Assembly: GCA_051362555.1 (NCBI GenBank)
Contig: CM120640.1
Location: 35,483,967-35,547,966, forward strand
From: Lingula anatina
Lineage: Eukaryota > Animalia > Brachiopoda
Length of the DNA stretch: 64,000 nt
Direction of reading: 5' to 3'
Each line of letters opens with the position of its first letter. The first letter of the stretch is position 1. The notes below the pieces were generated by a model. The model saw only the letters and a list, made by a program, of their open reading frames with translations, had not been told where the DNA came from and ran no database searches. Position numbers and translations under genes: made by a program. This document shows positions 29,201 to 41,200 of this stretch, in pieces.

Positions 29201-32200
29201 ACAGGCAAATATGCTGTAATTATTGTTAAGTGACGCTATTATGGCAGGGTATCAAATGAATGCTAATTCCTCAGGAAGAACTGATGCAGGTGATTAGGAT
29301 GCAGTTGCCACGGATAGCCTGGCTTAATGTATGGACTCCTACTTTTCAAGCTTCCAAGATCGTCATCACCATCTTAAATAATGCAAAAAGCCCCTCAACC
29401 AGAACTTTTGATGAGATATCAAGTATGTTGGAGAAATTCAAGTCATAAGGCTGTAAGGATGCTAAGGAGAAGGTTGGTAGTGGTTTTTTGTGGAGGTGTC
29501 ACGTTGCATGGACGCAGTGGATTAATACAGTTGGACGTGATTTGACCTTACAACGCATATTCTCTGGACACAGGTTTGGACAAATTACCAGCATCTTTTG
29601 ATGCCTTGATGCAGAAGTCATTACTGTAACAAATACGGGATTTTAGTATTGTTGTGGATAAACTGAAAAGGAATATTATTATAAACAGATAGGAACAGGG
29701 ACTGGCTTTTTAAAGCAAATGCAAATACTAGTCTTTTAAGTGACAGTATATGCAGTTAATATTTCCAAAATAGAGAAGACAATATGCCTTTCACTGATGC
29801 TTGGTGAGAAAAGTATCAAGAAGAATTATAAAAAAGGAACTTCAAGGATTATTTGGACCTGTTGAATATTTATTTATACATTCCAAGGTGTAGTCCAAAT
29901 GTTGACAAATGGCTATATTACTCTCTGGGACTGGGGGAAAAATAAGAGAGGAATTTTTTTCCCTTTGAGGATTGAAAAGTCTATTTAAAACAGACTGTAG
30001 ACATATGCATTGTCCTGTAAGTTATATACCTCAGTGGTGTTGACAGATTACCAAGTTTTCCCTGCAGGATTGTATTGTACAGGTATTGTACAGGTAGTGT
30101 GACCACAAGGCAGTGATTTGCTTAGACCCATTTTCCAACACCTCACAGCAAGCTGTTACAGCATGTATGGAAATAATGAAGCGTCTGGGCCTTAATTGAA
30201 CAGTCATCACACCAGTCTTATTGATGCTAAACATTCTGTGGAAACATATAGGATCACTTTGATAATGAAACAAAGGCAATTTTCCCCTTTTCCCTATTGA
30301 CTGAGACTTGCTAGAAACCTGTTTGTAGGGGTTGTTTTGTATGGAGTAAGCAGTCTCTGACTTTTACAATGGCTCACAGGAAAAGTCATAAGAATAAAAG
30401 ACAGGTGTTTGACAGGCTACCAATGTCCTCCTTGCCCCATATTAGAGGGGACATCCACAGGGGCAGGAGACCAGGTGTCCCTCTCTTCCATTCTCCAAAT
30501 AGACCAGCTCAAAATATGGGGTACCAGCAAATTCCAAATGGACACCATGATCATCACAGGAATGGTGGGGACAGGGGAAGATACATGCAGAGATCTATGA
30601 GTGTTTCTGCAGCTAGATCGCGTTCTATGGAACGTCTGTTTGGGCCAGCTTATGTTGGTCCACCCCAGCTCAGCCTGCCTCCTGATGCATGCGAAATTGC
30701 TTACGACGACAGGCCCATATCTGCTGGTGCATGGAGTCAGCAAGGACGGCGAGAGAAGTTGCATAGGTCGATATCTGAGATGGATACTCCTTCCTTGCAG
30801 TACTATCATCAGCACCAACAGCAGCCACTAGGACATGGGTCATATATTAGCAATGGATCAGTAGTTAACAGACTCAACGCTCAGCATCCACGAAGGCCTC
30901 TCCTTAAGCAGATGAGCGTAGACTCTGCGCAGCAAGGTTTTTTCACTCAGAGTACATCCTTTAGTGACCAGCCTCCTAATGGATCTCGATTACCAAGTCA
31001 CTCAAAAAACAAGGCGACAAAAGTCCAGGTACAAGACAGAGCATATAACAGTTCCTCGGGGGAGATAATTGGAAAGCTCAGGAGAAGCAGAAGTGTAGAA
31101 TCAGTGGATTCAATTGGAGGACGTGCTCGCATTCAGCATGACCCCTGTAAAAAACTTAATGGTTCTCAGCAGACTAGGCAAAATACTCATAAGACATGCG
31201 ACAATGCAAATTTGCATGAGTTAGATATTGCAGGCACAGGCAACCACATTTCTAACCAGACAGTGGAGGGGGAAAATGCAAACCAATTGCCGCAGGGAAG
31301 GATGATGATAGCTGAAAGGGAGACGCGACCACATCAGCTGCAGACAACGGCAACACACTGGAGGAATGACAACCTGACGTCACATCCACACTTCAATGGT
31401 GCTAATGGCAAACCAGCCGAGGGGGCTTGGCCTCAGCAGATTAATCACGAAAATAAGAGCATCTCACCTGTGGGGACGAATACATTAACTTTTAATGGGC
31501 TTGACAGTCATTCTAATTTGTTGGATCAGCAAGGCAGTGGAGACACAAAGAAAGATGAAGCAGGTACTGCTCAGTCTGTTGTTCTAAGAAGGCAAAAGAG
31601 TGCTGAAGAAAACACTGATCAAAAGACAGGGGGTGGTCGTAAAAAAGTTCCTCCACCTCCACCTAAACGTTCAAGTTCTATAAATTTGGAATCTGTGACT
31701 GAAGAACAGGACATAAACATGAGGTATCCTTCAAACAGTCAGACAGGCTTTGGCGGGAATATGGCTCCTAAGATTCAACCTGGCGGAAGAAGCCATAACC
31801 CTGCCCCTAGTGCAGGGGGATTTTATAATGGTGGTCATCATGGACAGGACTTGAATAGTGAATACTTTCCTGCCCCTGATACAAAGGGGTTTTACTACGA
31901 TTCTCGTACCCTGCCTAGAAATATGAAACTATCAGCTAAACAACGTGAGAAACTGTCTTTACTAAAACAGCAACAGCAAGAACAGTTACAACTACTACAA
32001 CAACAACAGAGACAACAAATGGAGGCTGCCTCAGGTAGACCACTTAGGAAAAATTCTTACTTTGCCAGCACCCCAGATTTATTGGAGGCATCTGGCAGTG
32101 TCAGTCCTCAAGGACATTTAAGTGTGCCTGTAGCTCAGCACAGCCAGGCAGGGCCAACCAGCCCTCCTCCCCTGAACATCAGTCATACCCCTATCTTCAG

Positions 32201-35200
32201 GAATCCACCAATCTTTGAAGGCGATGATTTTGATGAACCCATAAAAGACTATACTACTGTGTCTGCTAGTTTACCCAGGGGTTATAAGTCAAAGAAGTTC
32301 TCCCTCAGTTTAAAGAAAAAAGAAAAACCACCTAAGATATCCGAGGGTAGCACACAGTTTTTAAATGGTCACACGCCTCAAAACAATACCAGGCCTGTTT
32401 TACTAAGGCAGAGCTCTGACAGTGCATTTCTCCAAGCACGTCAAAGGTTCAAGAGCGAGCCAGATCTGTTAACTGTGAATGAAAATCAGTGGAATGATCC
32501 TCGTACACAATTTGCTGGAGAGCCCTATGATGGGAATGGATTTTGGAGAAGGTTTGTTATTTTCTTCTTTTCTGATTGTTTTAGTTTTTATTCCAGCTCC
32601 AAGTTTTCTTAAAATGTCTAGAACAATTTATATACCTATGGTACTTCATAATGGTAGATTATAATTTTATTGACAATATTGAGGGAGTTGAATCAGATCA
32701 TTGCCAAAAGGGGGGAATGGAATTAGATCATTGCCAAAAAGATAGTAAATACTATGAATAAAATAATTGAACAACACGCAAAACAGAAAAAACGTTTTAA
32801 CTTTTAGTTAACTTTTAGTTAAAATTTAAAACGGGAACTTGCATTTAGCCATCTCCATAACTCCTGAACCTTCTAGTTATTGATCACAATATTTAGCAAG
32901 ATGTGATTTGCAGCTATATATAATATCCCTGAACAATAACCAACAGACATGTTCCCCATGCATGCAGATGTTTCATAAACCCTGATTTTCCCAGATTAGT
33001 GAAAATTTGTCCAGGGGAGGATATTTGCTACCCAGCGGTCTATAATTTCCATCATGGTTTGTCACCTGTATGGCAGAGGAAAAGGAAGTCATCATTACAT
33101 ATATACATATGAGTTTTATGATAGGCACCCACTCAGTTCATATAGAATGGTTTCCCCATTTGAGTCATAGTATAAAGACACAAAGGAATAAAGCATTATA
33201 ATTATCATATAATCTGCATATTTATGTAACAGTTAATGTTCCTGTAGGTTTTGGATCTGAGGAGATAAAGAAACAGTCAGTCTAGAAAATCCGAATAATA
33301 TTAGGTTCAAGAGTCATGAAATTATGATTTTTTTTTTCTTCCATGCTGTTGTATCTTCTACTTGTGGTCATGTATTAGAGGTTGTGGCTAATGATAGTAT
33401 GTGGTGATAAGTTTAATGGACCTCTTGTATATCCTGTATCATTGGTCATAAACACGACTATTTTTCAGCCATGATGTTGTTTTAAAGCTTGTAGATGGAC
33501 GGGATGGGCTTAAAAGAATGTCAAGAAAAACAAATATGAAATCTAGAACAAATAAGGGTTAATACTTAGTTGTATTTTGTAATGGATGATCATTGGAAAA
33601 TCAACTCGGTGAAAAAAAGGAAAAATATAATTTCAGTTATTAGAGTCATCAAGTGAAACATAATCCACGTATAAAGAGAACTATTTTTCAGACACATATT
33701 AACAATGTATTTAAGCGGTATGGTGACAACCTGTAAAAAAGGCGGGCGTAGCCATGCTGTCTGTGTTGTGTTAAATAATGGTGTGGTGCCTTAGCATTCT
33801 GCATACATGTACAACGTATCTGCCAGGTTTATCGTGTGATACACAACGAGCTGACAGATGTTTTACCTGTCTTACCTTGATAGTTGTTCACGTCATTGAA
33901 AGGAGACAATGTCTTTTGTTTTTAAAAGAGGACTTGATATCCTGTATTCTGGGTTGCTAGGAAGAAATGATTAACAATAAAAATATACGTAGATTGGACA
34001 AAATACATGTTTCTCATGGCCTGTCATCTCTAGCAGAGGCTAGAATGGCATGAAAGGTAGATTCTGTTTTGATCATATATGCCTGAAGTGTAGAATATTT
34101 TGCTCTTGAAATATATTATTTCATGCACAATTATTCCCTGTGTTAGAAATTTGTTTGAACTTGAAGTTAAATAAGCCTAAGTTATATTTTCATGGGAGTA
34201 GAAATTATGGTGAGTGTTACCATTGCCACATGTCCAAGCATGAATGTGAAAAAGAGAAAACTTGCAAACGTCTACAGCTGACCATTACAAATTGGTATTT
34301 TTATTTTAGAAATTATACATTTTTAAATTTTAAATATTTTTAATCATTTTTTTTTAGTGATGCTGGACCCAAGGTTGTTGTGTTACAGAAGGGCCCCAGT
34401 GGCTTCGGATTTGTGTTGAGGGGAGCAAGATGTAAGTATGACTCTCCTAATATTCATTCTTTCTATTTTTGTCTCCTAGTAGAACAATTTACCTGCAAAA
34501 GAAAATGCAAAATATAGACTGAAAGGGTTGTCAAAAATTGTAGCCACTCATCCCTCCCCACCCTCAAAAAATGCCTGTACCTTTTATCTGAAAATTTAAT
34601 CCAAAATTAAACTGGCAGATAATCTTATTTTAAGGTAACATTCCATCACATCACCATGAAGATGCACTTCCAAAACATTAAAATGGAGTTCTTTAGTATA
34701 TAATTTGGGATGGTATGAAAGTACATGAAAAAGCCCTTCCTCTTATTACTGTGTGCAGCATTATGTGCCTGGTACAAGAATGATGGAGAGGGTTTTGACT
34801 TCATGTTTCTTTTTTGATGAATAATTTAATAATAAGTTACCCAAAAGAAGAAAGTAAAAGGTTCCGCTAAAAACATTCAGTGACTATTCTCCAAGTTTAA
34901 ATTTGAGAGCTGTTTTAATTGTCAACATTTAAACCACATGCCAGCGAGATTTAATGCTGAAAATTTCATTTTTCACAAATTTTAGTTGATCATTCTGAAG
35001 CAAATTAAATGAACTCAACAAAAATAGGAAGTCAGAGATAGATTATAAGCGTTTTTGGACCCTTAGAAAGATTGCATTGTTTTGGTCTTGATATACAGTA
35101 GTTGGTATGCAGTTAATAAAGTGCAGTTATGAAAGCCAATTTACAAAGGACACTACAGTGCAGTATCATTGTAAGCTTTGCAATGGGTGAATTATGATAT

Positions 35201-38200
35201 GAAATGGCCACAGAGCATGCTATATGTAGTATGTAGCTGGGATACCGTGGTACCAAGGACTTAAGGGAACAAAACATCAGTTGTGGTCAGTTCTCATGTT
35301 GAAAGATGTATTCCTGAAGGGAAAAAATACCCCAGGTTGGACTGTATCTACTGATCATGCAGTGTCCACCTGACATTGGTTGAATGAAGGGTAGCTGTGC
35401 CGAGGTGGACCACCCTTAAGCTGGTGACCATCTAATTAGTACAGTTTTTTACTGAAGTCAAAGAGAGTGTTTATGATCTAGGTTTTTTGGCCAGTTTGAA
35501 CACACTTGAAGATGGATTTTCAAAAGTTTATTTTATTTTTTATAATGTACCCCTTCTATCTTAACTAAGATGGTGGCCATAAGACTGTTTTTGCTGGAAT
35601 GTGTTATTCATATTAAGTTGCAAAATGTCAATACCAATGTGAATTAATAGATAAAATATGGGTGTGATAACTTTCCTGCCAACACATAGCACCATTACTG
35701 TAATAAAATACACAAATAGTTATTAATGTGTGTCCCGACTTACAAATGGCTTGTTTTGATTCACACCCATTTTGGCTTTACAGAATTGATAAACGGTACT
35801 TTAAAAATCTGTGGATATTTTTTGTTCCTATAAAAGTGATTAAATAGGAGTGTTTGTATGTAAATTTTTAAAGCTGGATACCAGAAAGTTACTTCTTTTA
35901 AAGCTGGACACATTCATAATTCATACTTCATATTCGGGTGCATCTGTGTGCTCATGCAAGTGTGGCATTATGCACATTTTGCTATGTCATGCACTCAGTT
36001 TATGATAGCAGTAGTATCTCCATTAAAATACCATATTATCTGTACAGGAGACATTTGGCTATAATATTTTTTCCTTTAGCAATCTCTCAATTAAAAAACA
36101 TGATTCCATAATTTACAGAAAGTTGTGAACCAAATGATCATCAAAGTTTTTAATAATATTCAAAGACATATATCTTCTTACTGATATGTCCTGCCACATT
36201 TTCACATATGAGCCTTTTGCTTCTATTTGTAGAAAGACATTATATTTGTTTATTTGTACATGCATACTAGGTAAAACAGATCACTGAGGGCTCTTCGAGA
36301 GAAATTTTATCATACATTGTTTGGGCATGTTATTTTTTAACCTTATGATAAATAATATTGTTTAAAATTGCATAATTATTTATTAATTTTGGTGTCTCCT
36401 ATTTGGCCCATTCTTGTTCAGACAAACAAACAGGCATCCTTGAGTTTTGATTCATCATATTTCTCTGTCCATTTTAATTATAAATAAGTATTTTAAAGTT
36501 TTTCTCTATCTTTTCTTCAGCCCATGATGAACAGGCAGGCAGTCTTGAGTTCCGGCCCAGCCCAGACTTCCCTGCCCTGCAGTACTTGGACAGGGTGGAC
36601 CCCGGGGGCATGGCACATAGAGCTGGACTCAAATCTGGAGATTTTCTTATTGAGGTAAGCAGAAGAGAAATGCACCTACGGTTGCTAACTATAGACATTT
36701 ATTTGTCTTCCATGCATTTTTATTTAGTTTGTTGTTATGGATCCCATCATTTTAGGTACTTTTCTATTCTGAATAAAAACCAAAATTTCTGTATTTGTGT
36801 CATCCATGTGCACCTATTCTGATGGCTGAGTATTTGATAATTCTACTAATTTCTCCTCTTGCTTTTCAACTTTAAAAAATGTGCATTTTTCAAAAAAAAA
36901 AGTTTAACCCATTTTTGTGCAAGCATTAAAGTTGCGTTGAGAAGTTTTATGGCCACACACTGGACAGAATAACAGAAAGAGGTCAACAGAACACTGTTAA
37001 CGTTCTGTGCCACCCTGTGTACATATGAACATCCCCATCACAGAAGTCACAATTAAAATATTACACAAAAAGAGACAGCACTATGTACAGTGAGGAGATG
37101 TAGCTGCAGATTAGTTTGTCACTAGTTGCACAATACACCCAGGTCTCAAACTACCACTCTTCAAGTCAAGTTGACATCTTAGACCAGTCAATAGTGTATT
37201 GTGTTCTGTCCACCTGTCCAAAGCCTGTCGTTGCATGATGGACTAAATTAGCCACCATGCTAGGTTGTTCTGCATTTTTGAAAATATCCCTGGTCTGTGT
37301 GAAGACAGGCTGTTCTTTTATACAGAACTGCTGGTCATGGATCAAACTTGATGTATGTACTAATGGCTTGGTTTGCTAGGTAGTTTGTTTGAAGGAAGTT
37401 GGACATTGTCAACAGAAAGAAAAAAAAAAAAAACAAGACTGTTGCATATTCAAGGGCAAAGATTAGAAATGATTTTAATCCAAAATCAGTATATGAACAC
37501 AGGATGTCCTTTATTACTTACCACTGGTCATGCATCAGGTGTGTTGTTTCTATTAAAATGACCTTTTTTAAAAGTAAGAAGGAATCAAGATATAATGCCG
37601 AGGCTGTTCTGCAGCAAAAATAAAAAAAAAGCTGTTGAAAAATAGGAGCCAAGAGAATGGTCTTTTCATAACACCTATCCATGCACAACAAAGGTATTAA
37701 TGCCCAGTTTGGAAGGTAGCTTATAGGTTGGTGTTTAAATTGCCACAGACAAAGAAATGACTTGGTTACTGATTCCGTAAATAAAAATTTGTTGCACATG
37801 CCATCCATACGCCCTAGGCTGCAAGCCTCGACTGTAATTATACTGCAGTTTTCACCTTGTGTCCTCTAAAATACCTTTGAATAAAATCATCACCTAACTT
37901 ATAATCATCTCTCAAAGGGATAAGGAAAAAGACCAATCTGCTAACCACATGTATTATCTTTTTGACTGCAGTATTGTTTCTTGCAGGTGGTTCTGTAAAA
38001 TAATTAAATTAATCTTGCTCTTTCCTTCCCCGTATCCAGTAGAATCTGTTCTGAACCAAACAATATTGGGGTAATCGCATATGTTGATTGTGTGTTGCTC
38101 AAAGTCTGATTTCATTTTGATTGTGTTTCTTGTGGTTTGATTGGAACCTGATTGTGTCTCTCATTCCAATTTAATGCAGATAATGTCTTGTATGTGTTCT

Positions 38201-41200
38201 GATTTAATTCCGACTACGTCTGAGCCGTGTCTCAAATTCATTCAGATTTGGTGTCAAATTCTGATATGATTTCCTGATTATGTCTTGCTGAGATAATACA
38301 GGTACCCATATTAAAGAATATTAGCTTTCCGTGTGTTGTTTTGTCTGGATCAGACCCAGTATTAATATTGGCACAGTGCATCCCTTTGTTCAAAGAGCCA
38401 CAGTACATGTAATTGGCATTTAATTGCATGTAACAGCTATCAGCAATATGAAAAGGTCTCTCTACAGTCAGAATGTACATAGGAGTTTGTGTTTACACTA
38501 GGTCAGTTATTAAATAATTCCAATTTGATACTTTTTCCTTCAGAATTGGTTCTGTATTTTATCAATCCAGTCCACCAGTAAAAATACCAAAAAACATTGG
38601 GTCAGTGTGTTGGTGACTTGCATTTCACGTTGAGATAATGAGAATTGAGAGGATTTCCTTAATGTACTATCTCTTGTGTGTATCCATCAACTCAACACCA
38701 AGCATTTACAGCTAGGATGTGGCAGGATAACTTGTAATATTGATATGTATCAGCTCATCCTAAATTGGCAGGTTGATTAAGTCTGTGCATCACATTGTGA
38801 ACAGGTACATAACCTTTGACTTGATTGAGGACATTCAGATGATAAACTCTCCCTGCTACTGAGTGTAAGGTGAATATGATGAATAAAAAATGCAGTTAAA
38901 CGTAACTTCGAGGCAAGTGCATTCATAAAAAGAAAAGAAAAAGAAAAATGGCGCCATTGCCCAACTTTTTATACACCTTCTGTGTTTTAAACTATTTGCC
39001 TGGAGTGTTAAGTAGGCAGAATATGCAACATTTTATTTACAAATATAAGTCTATTGTTGTTTTGTGTGGTGAAAGAATCATTTGTTAGCAAGTGAAAACT
39101 ATTGAAATAAAATCCATATATGGCTTATGATGCACTCACTTTTGTACGATGTGGAAATTTATGACTTTATTGTATTTCTTAAACATCTAATATTAACATT
39201 ATATCTACTGCAAGAAATTAAAGAAAAAAGAATATGCATTGTTCTTTTTAAAGTTTTTCTTAAAACCTATAGTATCAATAAATAATCATATTTCAGTATG
39301 TTACCTTTAAAATAGTCATCATGTATCAATTTTTTTTTTCATATCAGATCAACAATGTGAATGTAGTGCAAGCGACTCATGAGGCAGCAGTGCGCCTCAT
39401 CAAGGAGTCTGGGAGTACCTTGGCGCTGAAAGTGGTCCGAGTGTCAACTCCCCTCGAGCTCCGCCATGCGAGAACACCCCAGCCTGAGCGACGAGATGCA
39501 CGTCCTGAGACAGTGGCAGGAACATTCCCTAGAAAGAAAGGTAAGTACTAACTCAAGGACATGGGCGGAACAATTTGTGAATTTTTACTAAAACGAATTG
39601 GTATTGTCCTCCTGAAGTCCTGTATTGTCATGTATTGTATTGTAACGTGGTAAAGCAAAAACTTTTTCCCTATGCAAAAGAAATTTTATTTCAGCTTTAC
39701 TCATTGTGTGCAGATTCTGCCTTCTGTTATATATTGTTTGAGCCTTTTCAATTTTCATCTGAAAATAAACTTTCTGGAGAAAAAAGGCTTTCATGGTACT
39801 TGTTTAACCTTGGGTGCTGGAATAAAAAATTATTTTTGGATATTTTAGAGGATTTGAAAATTTCTAGAGAAGTATAGTGGTGGTGGTGTAGTAAGACTGC
39901 TTTTGTTACATGCTAGAATGGGCGTATGTGGTTTGCATTCAGGTATCAGAGATGAAGTTTTGCTTGAGAATACGGTAGTATGTGTGTGAAAGTTGCTCTT
40001 CGTTAAGTTGAGAAAAGGCCAAATTTTTGCCAGTATTGGCAGAGGTGGGAGATGAAAAGAAAATGAGACAACAACTCAGAAAATTTGCTCATGATCATGG
40101 AAAAATATCCTTGTTATGAAACTGTTGAGTCATTTACAATTTCCAGTGTTTTCCAACACTTTTTCCAGTCTTTAATCTATTTGCATGTTGGGTATGGGAT
40201 CAGACTTCTAGCTAGATGACCTTTTCCCAACTTTGTGTGTGTGTGTATTGTATACTTCATCTTGTAGCTGTTGAAGTAATGTAGAAATATTGTCGAGTTG
40301 ATATTTAAATAGCTTGCATGTGATTCAGACCTTTACATTGATTATTTTCAACAGCCCCTCCACCTCCGAAGAGGGACCCGCGAACGAGTTTGAGTACAGG
40401 TCGCTCAAAGGCTAAATCGATGATGGAAGGACTGGCCGTCATTGGTATGCATGCATTCTCCCTGATGTCTGCATGTCTTTACATGTATGAGGTGCTAGAC
40501 TGGGCTGGGGCATAGACCTGTCTTTCAAAAAATGACTCCACTCCACCATTTTCTTTCTTTCTTTTTCTTTTTTTTTTCTTTGGCTAAATTTTTACATACA
40601 TGTTTTCACTGTGGAGCCATTTTTAAAAGATACCATTTCAAAGAAGTTGTCAAAGAGGGATTTCCCTGACAAATACTTTTTATGTCCAAATTTTGCCAAT
40701 TGATGATTTTTTGTGATAAAACCCTTTTTTGAGACTAAAATGCATAGCATTCAAACATTCTAGTAAAAATTGACACACACTTTTTTTTTCTTGTGTCATT
40801 GTGAAAAACTATAGATCAACACTCACTCTGTTGGAATGTACTAAAAGGGAAATTTACCAGCAGGATCGTTTAAAGGGTCTTTTTAATGGGGCAAACAGCT
40901 GCTAAAAAGACAGTGTTAATAGCATTTTAGATTCCTCAGTCCAGCATCTCATTATGTCTTAACACAAATGCTTATTTTCCCCCTGTAGTCGACTTGTGAT
41001 AATACACTTAATTTACGTGCATGCAAGCATGATTATTAACAACCTAGAACCATTTAGTTTTTTAGCCCAGGTATCTCAATGTTATGTTTTATTCATCTTC
41101 TCATATCCATTCTCTCTGTTAAATTTGTGCATAAAGACCATGCATTTTATATTTTACCGATACTCATGCATATTATAAATTTCATACTCCCATCTCCATT

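Noticed and set aside
30369-32612. The 747-aa ORF as a standalone intronless gene or transposon ORF
   Set aside because: No RT, transposase or gag motifs. Its last 20 codons are intron-like and follow a phase-compatible donor, so an alternative SHANK exon is more parsimonious, though not excluded without RNA data.
32690-32822. Short direct repeats (AGATCATTGCCAAAA twice; TTAACTTTTAG twice)
   Set aside because: Ordinary slippage duplications with no evident function.
37960-38000. Acceptor-like ttcttgcag followed by GTG GTT CTG TAA inside the PDZ intron
   Set aside because: Would truncate mid-PDZ; such pseudo-acceptors are common in T-rich introns and there is no supporting feature.
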